Source of the DNA: a virus
Strand: one strand, 5' to 3'
Virus genome (UHGV): UHGV-0090146
Length of the DNA stretch: 13,371 nucleotides
Positions 1-9,271 of this stretch are shown one piece after another. The position numbers and the translations under genes were made by a program. Positions within the stretch are counted from its first letter, which is position 1. Each line of letters begins with the position of its first letter. Under the pieces are notes generated by a model. It ran no database searches. It had not been told where the DNA came from and worked only from the letters and a program-made list of their open reading frames with translations.

Positions 1-1
1 C

Positions 2-2308
2 TTGCGCGATGGCGATGTAGTTAATGTTTATTGCCAGCCGTCCGGCGCAATCGGCGACCTTATCGGCGCAATACTAAAGCCAGTAACGAAGATTTTCTCT
101 TTTCTTACACCGAAAGTATCCACGCCAAAAACAGATACCAGTTCAAAAACATCACCTAACACCAGCCTGAAGTCACAGACAAACATTGCGCGAAATGGCG
201 AGGCGCGACCTGATAACTTCGGACAGATTCGCGCGTTTCCTGATTTGCTTCAGGAATCATTGTTTGAATACATCAACAATATTAAATATGTCACCGAGTT
301 CATGAACTTTGGACTAGGAAAATATGATGTTTCCTCTGTGCGCTACTCGGAATCCAATCTTGGTTCACTGGCTGGTGCGAGTTACACCATTTATCAGCCT
401 GGAGAAGTTATTCCGGTTGTTCTTGAGCCTTACGCATTTGATGATGTGGATGGGCAGGAGCTTTATGGGCCGAACGACACAAACTCTGTTGTAATTGAGT
501 CAGCGACAACAACATCAGTTACCAGCACTGATTTTGCTGGTGGACAAATAGCTGTAAAAATACCAAAAAATTCCGCTTTCGATTACTTTGTTGATCTGGT
601 TATGCCTCATGATGTGGTTTTTAAACTAAACATCACTTACGCGCTTGGAGGTGGCGCGTCGGTCACTGAAAACGTCACCTTATCAGGTAGTCTTGTGTCA
701 GCATCAGAAACAGATGATGGAAATATTCCACCTGTTGATTACTGGTACACATTTATAATTAATAACATCAACTACTCAGGTGCACCGATATCATCTCTGA
801 ATGGCGTAACCATCAATAACACTTACTTCAACCTTACCGATAACCAACCTCTTGTTTCAGGTCCGTATTTCTCACCAATAGAAGGAGATCAGCTGTGGTT
901 CCACTTTGTTGCTCAATTTGGTGAAGATCAGGGTGCTATTGTCAAGGCTGAGTGGTGGGCGGTGGATGATGATAACGTGCAGATTGCAGGCTCATACCAA
1001 TCAACCACATATACCTTTGTGGCTGGCGGGGCGGATACCTACTATTACACAAGGAAAAAAACTCCATCATATGGGAATGCCAGATACGCTGTTCAGTTTA
1101 CAAGGACTAACAACAGCACACAGCAATCGATCATTCAGCTTGATGAAGTCCATTCAATCGTCACCCGTAACAATGTTTCGTATCCAGATGACACGGTAGT
1201 TAAAGTCATTGTCCGCGCCACCGAGAACGCCACAGGCAGCCGTGACAGGAAATACAATGCATTAATCACGCGTCACACGATAGGATATGACCGTGATGCT
1301 GGCACTGTGCGATATACGCTTGCGCCTTCACGCAGTTTTGCTGATGCCGTGCTCCATAACTGGCTTATTACCGCTGGCAATCCAGAAAACACGATCGACA
1401 TCGTGAGGTTATATGAAATTGCCGACAGCCTGCCTGATGAGCGTCTTGGTTATTTCGATTACACGTTTGACGATGAGGATAAGAGCATAGGCGAGCGTTT
1501 GCAGACCATCTGCGATGCGGCTCGTGTCACTGCGTTTTGGGATGATGGCGTGATGAGCTTCTCCCGTGATGAAAAGCGAGAATATCCGGCAACTGTATTC
1601 AACACCAGAAATACGCAGAGCGACGGTTACAAGCTAAGTTATGATATCAGCCTTCCCGGAACTTATGATGGCGTTAACGTCGAATATCGCGACCCAACAA
1701 CGAATAAGCAGGCCAACGTTTACTATCGAATTACCGATGGTGGCATTGTCGAAGGAGAGCCGACTAAAGCGAAGAAATTCGATATGCTTTATGTTCGCAA
1801 TCGCTATCAGGCTGTTGATCGTGCAATCCTTGAGTGTCGTCGCCTGATTTATTCACGCCGCAGCATGGAAATTAAAGCACTGGCAGACGGAGAATGGGTT
1901 AACGTTGGCGACATGATTCAGGTTGTCGACATATATGATGATGTGCAGCAGACTGGCGTTATTGAAGAGCACAATGGTAACGTATTCACGACAAGCGAAC
2001 AGCTAAGCGCTGATGATAATCTTTATGTTGTGATTACCAGTTCAGACGGCAGCGTGTCAGACAGATTGCCAGCAACAGTAACCGGATTACATACATTCAC
2101 CTGCAACCTGCCTTCTGATTTTCAGCTAAACATATGGGATGGAACTAATGTTCAAAGTGAATCCCGTTACGTGATGAGCACAGAGAAAGAACTTGACACT
2201 ACTTTGTGGGTTGTCAGCCAGAAGAATCCTGGTAGTGACGGAACGACAACACTGACGATGAGTGAATACAGCGACGACATGTACGAATATGCCATCCCGT
2301 CATCGTGA
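2..2308 (+). CDS. Tail tip / host-specificity protein, lambda gpJ-like (5'-truncated, C-terminal 768 aa in window)
   Basis: ORF is open from the window edge, so the N-terminus lies upstream. Blocks such as [53 protein letters not shown] and [16 protein letters not shown] resemble the central part of lambda J as recalled from memory. Stop TGA at 2306-2308, followed by AAGGAG and the tailspike start. Confidence 0.7.
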   Translation: MRDGDVVNVYCQPSGAIGDLIGAILKPVTKIFSFLTPKVSTPKTDTSSKTSPNTSLKSQTNIARNGEARPDNFGQIRAFPDLLQESLFEYINNIKYVTEFMNFGLGKYDVSSVRYSESNLGSLAGASYTIYQPGEVIPVVLEPYAFDDVDGQELYGPNDTNSVVIESATTTSVTSTDFAGGQIAVKIPKNSAFDYFVDLVMPHDVVFKLNITYALGGGASVTENVTLSGSLVSASETDDGNIPPVDYWYTFIINNINYSGAPISSLNGVTINNTYFNLTDNQPLVSGPYFSPIEGDQLWFHFVAQFGEDQGAIVKAEWWAVDDDNVQIAGSYQSTTYTFVAGGADTYYYTRKKTPSYGNARYAVQFTRTNNSTQQSIIQLDEVHSIVTRNNVSYPDDTVVKVIVRATENATGSRDRKYNALITRHTIGYDRDAGTVRYTLAPSRSFADAVLHNWLITAGNPENTIDIVRLYEIADSLPDERLGYFDYTFDDEDKSIGERLQTICDAARVTAFWDDGVMSFSRDEKREYPATVFNTRNTQSDGYKLSYDISLPGTYDGVNVEYRDPTTNKQANVYYRITDGGIVEGEPTKAKKFDMLYVRNRYQAVDRAILECRRLIYSRRSMEIKALADGEWVNVGDMIQVVDIYDDVQQTGVIEEHNGNVFTTSEQLSADDNLYVVITSSDGSVSDRLPATVTGLHTFTCNLPSDFQLNIWDGTNVQSESRYVMSTEKELDTTLWVVSQKNPGSDGTTTLTMSEYSDDMYEYAIPSS

Positions 2309-2347
2309 TACAATATACATCAAATTCACAAAGGAGCATTTATTATA

Positions 2348-4261
2348 ATGGCTACCACACCAACCAATAAACCAATTCCGTCAGAAGACCCTCGTGACCT
2401 GAAATTTAATGCCGGAAAGATTGACGAGGTAGTGACATCTGACGCGCATTACTACACCGACCGCTTCGGTGTGCGCCGCTGGACAATTGCTGGATTTCAG
2501 CACACCGCAGAAGAAGCAATCAGTAACTATGGATACATTACGATGGACAGCTTCGAAGATGGTGCGACACTGACGCTACCTAATCAGGTTTTGCGTTATG
2601 AGGCAACTGGAGAATATTACCGTTGGGATGGTGAGTTTCCTAAAACCGTTTCTGTAGGTTCTACCCCTGAAACTGCTGGCGGTATTGGGATTGGCGCGTG
2701 GGTTAGTGTTGGCGATGCGTCATTGAGGCATGAACTTGAAATCACAAGCGCTATTCCTTTTGTAAGGCCAGAAAATTTCGGTGGTGTAGGTGATGGAGTG
2801 ACGGATGATACAAATGCAATAAAAGCTGTTATAGCAACTGGGAAACCAATTTCTTTAGTAGGTAAAAAGTGGCTAATAACATCTACCATAGAATTTCCTG
2901 ATGGATATGCTGTTGATGCAAGGTCGTCAGAAATAGTTGCGGACACAGGCTCTGCACCTATCTTCCTTTTTAAGGGTAATAATCTTGGTATGCATTTCAC
3001 AGGCTCATTAGTGAGAGGGACTGCTGGTGCATTCATGAAGTTGGAAGGCCAGACAGATGCGCCTACAGCAAGCAATCAATATGCTAAATTATTAAAACTT
3101 AGTGGTGTCCATATCTCCTCGGCAACTATAGATGCCGCTCTTATTTTCGATAAGGCAGTACGAATAATATTCATTGATAGTTGTGTGTTCTTTTGCAGAA
3201 ACGGAATAATTAGCAATGGTAAGTCTGTAGAGATTACCATTCAAAAATCAGTTATATACGGTGCCACGAGTGATACTGATACTTCTGGTATAAAAATAAC
3301 AAGTTCAGGTGGTGCAAGCAAGTACAGTGAGGGGTGGCATATTTCAGACTGCACAATAGATAATTTCGAAAATACAATTGATCTATCCGATATATTTGTA
3401 TTCACCTTAAATGGTGGCTACACGGCATGTAATTCTAATACCGGATATGCTATTACCGTGCGCGGACCGACTACAACAACTCACTGTCGAGATCTTTATT
3501 TTAACGGCATGTTTGGCGGTAAAATTCGCTTCCTTGACCAAACTGCTGGTCCTGTAACTATGCATGCCAGGATAACAGGAGAACTCCTGTTCACTAAGGC
3601 AGGAACGTGTCTTGCTATTGGGGCAAACATGGCGGCAATTGATATCAGCAACTTAAAGATTGTATCTGCAACGCCTGGTAACACTGCCATCTCTGTAGCG
3701 AACGGGAGTGCCAATATTAATATCCGTGGGATTAGTACAGATGCAACTCTTGGGGCAGGGATTATATTTAATGGGGAGTCAGGCAGTAACTGCTCGATTT
3801 CTGATTTTTCATATTCTGGTTCTGGAGAGGCTTTATCACTTGCTAGGCCAGTTAAGCTTTCCAACGTTCCTACAGTTGGTAGCGAAACTTTGAATTGGTC
3901 AATAAAGTACGATTATGTATCTGCATCAAAAGATGTTGCAGTTGGGTCTTACATAAATCAACTGCAAATGACTATTGCAAGATATAGCAAGATTAAGATT
4001 AATATTAACCTCGCATATTCAGGTGGGGCAGCAAGCAATTCTCAAGTTATTGGAATAACAGTCCCTACTGGGGTGGTTCTGCCAAATGGTACGAACTCGA
4101 TGCAGTTCACATTACCAGCAACTGCTGGAACATTAACTATGAGCATTGATGCAACAACAACGCTAGACTTCAAGAATCTGTCATTCAGCATCGATAACAG
4201 AGCTGGTAACCAACTGCGTATTTTGGCCGGCTCTCACTTGTCTGTATCTTTAGATAATTAA
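2348..4261 (+). CDS. Tailspike / tail fiber with pectate-lyase-like right-handed beta-helix (probable polysaccharide depolymerase, receptor-binding protein)
   Basis: 637-aa ORF with AAGGAG at 2331-2336 upstream of ATG 2348. Motif FGGVGDGVTDDTNAIKAVIATG is typical of the Pectate_lyase_3 / beta-helix N-cap (established family signature). The first ~130 aa form a separate N-terminal domain. A terminator follows. Confidence 0.85.
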   Translation: MATTPTNKPIPSEDPRDLKFNAGKIDEVVTSDAHYYTDRFGVRRWTIAGFQHTAEEAISNYGYITMDSFEDGATLTLPNQVLRYEATGEYYRWDGEFPKTVSVGSTPETAGGIGIGAWVSVGDASLRHELEITSAIPFVRPENFGGVGDGVTDDTNAIKAVIATGKPISLVGKKWLITSTIEFPDGYAVDARSSEIVADTGSAPIFLFKGNNLGMHFTGSLVRGTAGAFMKLEGQTDAPTASNQYAKLLKLSGVHISSATIDAALIFDKAVRIIFIDSCVFFCRNGIISNGKSVEITIQKSVIYGATSDTDTSGIKITSSGGASKYSEGWHISDCTIDNFENTIDLSDIFVFTLNGGYTACNSNTGYAITVRGPTTTTHCRDLYFNGMFGGKIRFLDQTAGPVTMHARITGELLFTKAGTCLAIGANMAAIDISNLKIVSATPGNTAISVANGSANINIRGISTDATLGAGIIFNGESGSNCSISDFSYSGSGEALSLARPVKLSNVPTVGSETLNWSIKYDYVSASKDVAVGSYINQLQMTIARYSKIKININLAYSGGAASNSQVIGITVPTGVVLPNGTNSMQFTLPATAGTLTMSIDATTTLDFKNLSFSIDNRAGNQLRILAGSHLSVSLDN

Positions 4262-4270
4262 CTATCAACT

Positions 4271-4298
4271 AAAACCCCGCTTCGGCGGGGTTTTTTTT
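4271..4298. terminator. Bidirectional rho-independent terminator between convergent tailspike and ssb
   Basis: Hairpin CCCCGC-TTCG-GCGGGG (4275-4290) preceded by AAAA and followed by TTTTTTTT, so it can terminate on either strand. Confidence 0.8.
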
Positions 4299-4302
4299 AT
4301 CA

Positions 4303-4803
4303 TCAGAATGGAATGTCGTCATCGAAGTCCATCGGAGGCTCATTTCCTCCTTGTGGGCTTTGTTGTTTTGGTTGCTGCTGTTGCGGTGTTCCCCATCCTC
4401 CTTGAGGTTGCTGTCCTGATTGCTTGCGTGATTGTTGCTGACCAGAATCATCGCGCTTGCCGCCAAGCATCTGCATGACGCCACCCATCTGTGGAATGAC
4501 AATCTCAGTGGTATATCGGTCTACGCCGTTGCTGTCAGTCCATTTGCGAGTGCGAAGCTGACCTTCGATATAAACCTGCGAGCTTTTGTGAAGGTATTCT
4601 CCTGCAACTTCCGCAAGTTTCCCGAAAATGACTACGCGATGCCACTCTGTCTGTTCTTTCTTTTCTCCTGTCTGCTTGTCTTTCCACTGCTCAGATGTTG
4701 CAACGGAAAGATTGGCAATAGCAGAGCCAGATGCAGAATATTTAACTTCCGGATCGTTACCGAGAGTGCCGACAATAATTACTTTATTTACGCCGCGTGC
4801 CAT
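4303..4803 (-). CDS. ssb: Single-stranded DNA-binding protein
   Basis: 166 aa, near-collinear with E. coli SSB: [49 protein letters not shown], a Gly/Gln/Pro-rich linker and the acidic C-terminal tip [20 protein letters not shown] 9 nt upstream. Confidence 0.95.
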   Translation of the reverse strand: MARGVNKVIIVGTLGNDPEVKYSASGSAIANLSVATSEQWKDKQTGEKKEQTEWHRVVIFGKLAEVAGEYLHKSSQVYIEGQLRTRKWTDSNGVDRYTTEIVIPQMGGVMQMLGGKRDDSGQQQSRKQSGQQPQGGWGTPQQQQPKQQSPQGGNEPPMDFDDDIPF

Positions 4804-4806
4804 TTA

Positions 4807-5847
4807 TTAAAATCCTTCAATTGGAGTTGGTTTATGTTCGATTTTCGCTTCTTCCTGCGGTTCTGGCTGCTGTGGTTGCGGTTTAGCCAGTTTGGCAGGG
4901 TTGAAATTATCCTGCGGAGTTATTACCACAGGAGATAATTGCTCATCATTGATGAAAGACTCAATGCGATCGTATTCTGCAGCAGAAGCAGCCAGAGAAG
5001 GCCAGATTGCGCGAATCTTATCTTTCAGGTTATCAGGTATTGATTTTGCTTCTTCCTTCAAGCCTTCCATGCCTTTTGCGGCGGAAAGCTGAAGTCGTGA
5101 GCGCCATGACTCAAATTCTTCGTCAACTTTAACGCCAGAGTCCACCCATTTGATGAGTCCGCGACCGTGAGCCTCTCCAATATACCCATGACGAACGCTT
5201 TCACGACCAGATTCAAAGAAGATTGGGCGTAGCTCTTCTGGTAATTTGGTAAACTCCTGAATTTTGCCCCCATCGTGCATCATCATGCTCACGGTCATTT
5301 CGAACATGAAGTCTTTCTCGCACACTGGCTGCAACCCCAGCGATACAGGCTCCTTCGGATTTGCGAAGTCAGTTTTCTGGCGAGCACGAAGACATACGAT
5401 GATATGCATATTGCTTTGCAGCATAGCATTCATGAACTTCTTGTGTTCAGCTTTGGCACGCTTCCAGTCAGCCATTTTTTTTCCGTTAAGCAGAGGCTTT
5501 TCAGCAATCTCAGTGCAACTTCCTTCTCCTTCCCATTCGTGCGAGCCAGAATCAATAACAAGGACCTTAACGCCAGCAGCCTGAAACTCTTCAATGGCCT
5601 GACGGTAGCGAGCCGGGCTGAATGGAGCATACATATCAGCGTGCAGGAATTTACCATCAAGGATGTTTGAATACAGACGACCGCGACCGTTTTCAGTATC
5701 AAGGAATCCGATTTCTTCTGGTGAGTCAACCATCCCGCGAGCCAGCTTAAGTGCGCTATATGTTTTTCCGCTACCAGACTGACCGGAAATACCGATGACC
5801 ACGCGAGAACCTGAACGCTCTGCTGGTTTAATATTGAGAATACCCAT
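4807..5847 (-). CDS. RecA-fold / AAA_24 (Sak4-like) ATPase, probable recombination mediator
   Basis: Walker A GISGQSGSGKT near the N-terminus and Walker-B-like KVLVIDSGS. Pro/Gln-rich C-terminal tail. ORF extends to 5856 (GTG), but ATG at 5847 has the best spacing to a GAGGTG RBS. Stop lies 3 nt before the ssb start. Confidence 0.6.
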   Translation of the reverse strand: MGILNIKPAERSGSRVVIGISGQSGSGKTYSALKLARGMVDSPEEIGFLDTENGRGRLYSNILDGKFLHADMYAPFSPARYRQAIEEFQAAGVKVLVIDSGSHEWEGEGSCTEIAEKPLLNGKKMADWKRAKAEHKKFMNAMLQSNMHIIVCLRARQKTDFANPKEPVSLGLQPVCEKDFMFEMTVSMMMHDGGKIQEFTKLPEELRPIFFESGRESVRHGYIGEAHGRGLIKWVDSGVKVDEEFESWRSRLQLSAAKGMEGLKEEAKSIPDNLKDKIRAIWPSLAASAAEYDRIESFINDEQLSPVVITPQDNFNPAKLAKPQPQQPEPQEEAKIEHKPTPIEGF

Positions 5848-5864
5848 TTGCATCACCTCACTAA

Positions 5865-6821
5865 TTATAAATTAAATTGCTTCTTGAACCATTCAGGCGT
5901 TTCCATTTCGATGACAGGATTACCCATTGAATAACCCGGCCACGAATTAGCTTTTTTGCACGCCTTGTAAATTTCCATTGCACCATTCAACTGAATGCGA
6001 CCGATTCGTAATTGCTCTTCAGTCAAACGAATCAAAGCAGGAATGAACGGCGCTTTCTTTTCCTGCACGAGAAGATTCACAGAGCGTGGAGCGTGGCCGT
6101 ATGCCGCAACAAACATATCGTGTTGCATAGCCATTTTCATAAAGTAGCCAAGTCGCGCAGCATGACGGAAAAACTCATCAGGCTTTGCGCTAACTGCCGT
6201 TTTGTAGTCAATGATGTCACCACCTTTTGTCAGGCAGTCAAAACGAACCTTTGCCTTTTCTCCGTAAAGCTCACCGAGGATTGACACTTCAGCGTAAGCT
6301 CCGGCAAGAAGACTGCTGTAATAGCTGTTTGCGTGGATTACAGCGCGCATTTGCTGAATAGCGTCGTAGTCACCACCTTCGAGCATTTTCTTTCCTGCCG
6401 CAGCTTTTTCAGCTTCTTCACGGATGACATCGTAAATCTTCACTGGTTCGCCAGTTGCACGAATGATTTTGACCACCTCAGTTTTAGACTTCCCTGAGAG
6501 TCCTTTGATGCCTCGTTCTTTCGCCCATGAATTCATATCAGCAGTAGTTACCAGTACCGTGGGTTTTCCATCTTTGTCTTTTGGAAAATCATCTACAACT
6601 GGCATACGAGCATATTCAGCATCGAAACGTTCAGGTTCAAGCAGAGCTGTATGGCTTCCTGTGCCGAAAATTAGGGCTTTTGACTGCTCATCTTCTTCGT
6701 CTTTGTAGCGCCAAGCTGCGGGACATCTGTCATAAATGTTCCACAGGCCAGAACCATTAATATGCTCGGTGTCGGCGTGGTATTGCTCATTGGTTAATTC
6801 ATTATTGAAATAGACTTTCAT
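5865..6821 (-). CDS. PD-(D/E)xK family nuclease (RecE/Cas4-like exonuclease candidate)
   Basis: ORF to 6833 (GTG); ATG at 6821 is preceded by GAGG at 6-nt spacing. Contains RFD...GDIIDYKT, consistent with a D...(D/E)xK nuclease core. Lies between the ATPase and VRR-NUC genes. Confidence 0.55.
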   Translation of the reverse strand: MKVYFNNELTNEQYHADTEHINGSGLWNIYDRCPAAWRYKDEEDEQSKALIFGTGSHTALLEPERFDAEYARMPVVDDFPKDKDGKPTVLVTTADMNSWAKERGIKGLSGKSKTEVVKIIRATGEPVKIYDVIREEAEKAAAGKKMLEGGDYDAIQQMRAVIHANSYYSSLLAGAYAEVSILGELYGEKAKVRFDCLTKGGDIIDYKTAVSAKPDEFFRHAARLGYFMKMAMQHDMFVAAYGHAPRSVNLLVQEKKAPFIPALIRLTEEQLRIGRIQLNGAMEIYKACKKANSWPGYSMGNPVIEMETPEWFKKQFNL

Positions 6822-6858
6822 TGTTAACCTCACTCATCATCACGTAAATGAATCTACA

Positions 6859-7284
6859 TCAATCCACATCAAAAGGCAAGCCAAAATAGAAAAGCGTGGC
6901 TTTTTTTAGTTCATCAAGTCCGTAAGCGATGGCGGCATAATGACCAAGCCTGCACATCTCAGTTAACACGGACGATTGCTCCTTGCTCACCCTGCTTTTG
7001 CTTTTGTCACGTCGCTTTGACTCAATCATCCCGCAACTGTGCTTCACTCCCGGCGTCATTATCACATTGTCGCCTATTCCAGTCTTAACACCCATCTTCT
7101 GGCGCTTCAGCACAAACTGCACCCTGCTTGATGTACCAGTTTCGTTTGGCACATGAAACCACAGAACATCAGGGAAGCGATGTTGCATCCATGTACCGTA
7201 ACCCATCTGGTCAGTCTCTTCTTTCGGACACTCCCCACGATAACCGCTATCAAACACCCATATACCACTGTCAAGCTGCTTCAC
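6859..7284 (-). CDS. VRR-NUC domain nuclease
   Basis: 141 aa with WFHVPNETG ... GIGDNVIM ... MIESK, matching the VRR-NUC / PD-(D/E)xK pattern. GTG start preceded by AGGAG with 6-nt spacer. Overlaps the helicase 3' end by 14 nt. Confidence 0.65.
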   Translation of the reverse strand: MKQLDSGIWVFDSGYRGECPKEETDQMGYGTWMQHRFPDVLWFHVPNETGTSSRVQFVLKRQKMGVKTGIGDNVIMTPGVKHSCGMIESKRRDKSKSRVSKEQSSVLTEMCRLGHYAAIAYGLDELKKATLFYFGLPFDVD

Positions 7285-9196
7285 TTTGTTCTCCTGTGAA
7301 ATCTTTTCTGTGGATTATATCTCGACCTTTATCATTAATACGATGCGTGATGCGTTTTGGCGCTTTAATCAACCCTGCATACATCATGAACTGTTTGGCG
7401 TTCTGGCATTTCAGGATTTTCCCAGCTATTGATTTATCATCAAGGTGAGGAAAGACCGCCTTTGCCTTGAACATGTTTTTCATGTGAGTTGCGCCGCCAT
7501 AAGGGTAGAAAACTTCATTAGCCCAGCCTTCTTTGCCATCACAACGGTTAATCCAGTAGCGATATAAAATTCCCTCTCCGTCCTTCGTCAACTGGACTTT
7601 GAAGTCCATAACATCAGCCCATTCGTTGTCGGTATACGCGCGTTCATTCAGTGCCGCATTCGGGTCGCGCAAAACATGATCGCAATGTCGACAATAACGC
7701 GCCGTTGGGTCGTTTTTAGTGCCGCAACCATCATCAAAAATGCGTATTCCGTGCTTATCGAAGCCGCAACGAATGTAACTGAAAAACTCCTCGCAACGAC
7801 CATCTGGCGATAGTGGGTCTTTTCCTATGCAGCGGCGCGCATATGGGCTGTTCATTGTTCCACATGTGTGACACGGAACTTGTTCGCCACTGCGTTTTGA
7901 ACGTTGTGCTTCGGCTTCTTCAAGAATTGGGTCTTCATATAGCTGACCAAGCTCAAACATCGTTCCTGAGAAATCAAGAACCAGATGGTCTTCTTTATGA
8001 TACCCGGCATCAATTTGTTCTTTCTTCAGCAGGCGCATTCCGCGGCCAAGCAACTGAACAAGAAGGGTGAGTGACATTATTTTTCGTAATATGCAGCTCG
8101 TATCCCATAACGGTATATTTACGCCAGTTGTAAGTGCGGCTATCTGGAATGTGAATTTTTTGCGCCCGGTGTATGCATCTTTTAGAGCCTTCCTTCTGGC
8201 TTTTGACCCCATATCTTCTGTAACTATTGAATAACTCCCTTCTGGTAGGTATTTTGCCGCCTCCTGACAATGTTTTTTACCAGCACATGTAATCAGTACG
8301 CCGTTTCTGTTTTTAGTCAACTCCATAACCTTGAGCATGATTTTCTGCGTCAACGTACCTTGCTCAAGAATTTCTTTTTGCATCTGCTTGAGCTGCTCGG
8401 AGGTAAAGTCCTGAGTGCCATCAACATCTGAACCATGAAAATCTGAAAGGTCATAATGCAGACTATCAACATCATGAAGACCAAAAATTGTTGGCACAAG
8501 AAAACCGTTTTCAACCATGTATTTGGTGTCTATGTTGATAATCTCCTTCTTCCAGAAAGCGCCTTTTATTGATGTAGTTCCGCGAAACGGTGAGCCTGTA
8601 TAACCTATTATTCTCAACTCATGGCCGTGCTTATCTTTGCACCTTTTCATTAGCTCATTAATTATCACTGCATACTGCGTATCACCATTATTAACAACAT
8701 CAATGTCATTAACCATATGATTTTCATCGATAAGCAGGAATCTTGGGCAAAAGTCAGAGAGCGCACCTTTTGCAATAACATTCCCTGACTCATCCTTTTT
8801 ATCAAACAAAGCATTTATAACAGTACCCTCAGAACCACAGATTATTGGATAAGTAGAACTTTTCCTACCCAACGAAGCACTGAATAGCGAGTTTCTAACA
8901 CCAAGTGACCATAGCTCTTCCGCATCTTGCTCCACTATTTCGCCCTGTCTTGATAAAATCATCCCTGAATAGCCCATTTCCTGAAAACGTTTTGCTATCA
9001 TGGCAATCATCAGGGACTTTCCACTACCGACACTTGCTGTTACATAGCTTGGTCCAACATAATGTCGTATCACATCACCTGTTAACTTATATATCAACCA
9101 CTGATATGGTCTTGGCTCGATATCACCAGTATCCAAGCAAGATTTCAGCAAGTTAATGTCAATCTCTGAAATCATTTTGTCTATTTTATGCGTCAT
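7271..9196 (-). CDS. SF2 (DEAD/DExH-box) DNA helicase with Cys-rich C-terminal zinc-ribbon region
   Basis: 641 aa with Walker A TASVGSGKS, DExH-like LLIDENH and an arginine-finger-like LLGRGMR. Cys cluster CHTCG...RRC...GRC...RCG...DDGCG...YCRHCDH follows. ATG at 9194-9196. Confidence 0.85.
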   Translation of the reverse strand: MTHKIDKMISEIDINLLKSCLDTGDIEPRPYQWLIYKLTGDVIRHYVGPSYVTASVGSGKSLMIAMIAKRFQEMGYSGMILSRQGEIVEQDAEELWSLGVRNSLFSASLGRKSSTYPIICGSEGTVINALFDKKDESGNVIAKGALSDFCPRFLLIDENHMVNDIDVVNNGDTQYAVIINELMKRCKDKHGHELRIIGYTGSPFRGTTSIKGAFWKKEIINIDTKYMVENGFLVPTIFGLHDVDSLHYDLSDFHGSDVDGTQDFTSEQLKQMQKEILEQGTLTQKIMLKVMELTKNRNGVLITCAGKKHCQEAAKYLPEGSYSIVTEDMGSKARRKALKDAYTGRKKFTFQIAALTTGVNIPLWDTSCILRKIMSLTLLVQLLGRGMRLLKKEQIDAGYHKEDHLVLDFSGTMFELGQLYEDPILEEAEAQRSKRSGEQVPCHTCGTMNSPYARRCIGKDPLSPDGRCEEFFSYIRCGFDKHGIRIFDDGCGTKNDPTARYCRHCDHVLRDPNAALNERAYTDNEWADVMDFKVQLTKDGEGILYRYWINRCDGKEGWANEVFYPYGGATHMKNMFKAKAVFPHLDDKSIAGKILKCQNAKQFMMYAGLIKAPKRITHRINDKGRDIIHRKDFTGEQSEAA

Positions 9197-9271
9197 AGCA
9201 ACTAACCTTTGTTGATGTTTCTACGTCAGTTAGCTTATACTCAATCTACACCAACAATCAAGGGTCAATTT
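9197..9271. promoter_or_regulatory. Divergent intergenic control region between helicase (-) and primase (+)
   Basis: 75-bp gap between divergent starts. Plus strand has TTGATG (9212-9217), 18-nt spacer, TATACT (9236-9241). A weaker candidate exists on the minus strand. Confidence 0.3.

Noticed and set aside
906-1847. Short + strand ORFs (906-1199, 1641-1847) inside the J-like gene
   Set aside because: Alternate-frame ORFs fully embedded in a long, well-supported CDS, with no RBS.
2617-3864. Antisense ORFs (2617-3075 and 3496-3864, minus strand; 3708-3893 plus strand) within the tailspike gene
   Set aside because: Embedded in or antisense to a strongly supported CDS. Translations are low-complexity with no start signals.
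4432-4938. 168-aa + strand ORF antisense to ssb and the ATPase 3' end
   Set aside because: Overlaps the highly confident ssb gene on the opposite strand. Translation is Cys/Phe/Leu-rich nonsense typical of antisense frames.
5058-6708. Short alternate-frame ORFs within the ATPase and exonuclease genes (5058-5273, 5264-5584, 5275-5670, 5430-5729, 6012-6284, 6463-6708)
   Set aside because: Overlap the long minus-strand CDSs, with no independent translation signals.
7813-9156. Short ORFs antisense to or embedded in the helicase gene (7813-8070, 8010-8270, 8905-9156)
   Set aside because: No RBS, embedded in a well-supported long CDS.
9209-9271. Extended primase start at 9209
   Set aside because: Would overlap the helicase start codon and the candidate promoter. 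ATG at 9272 has a proper RBS.
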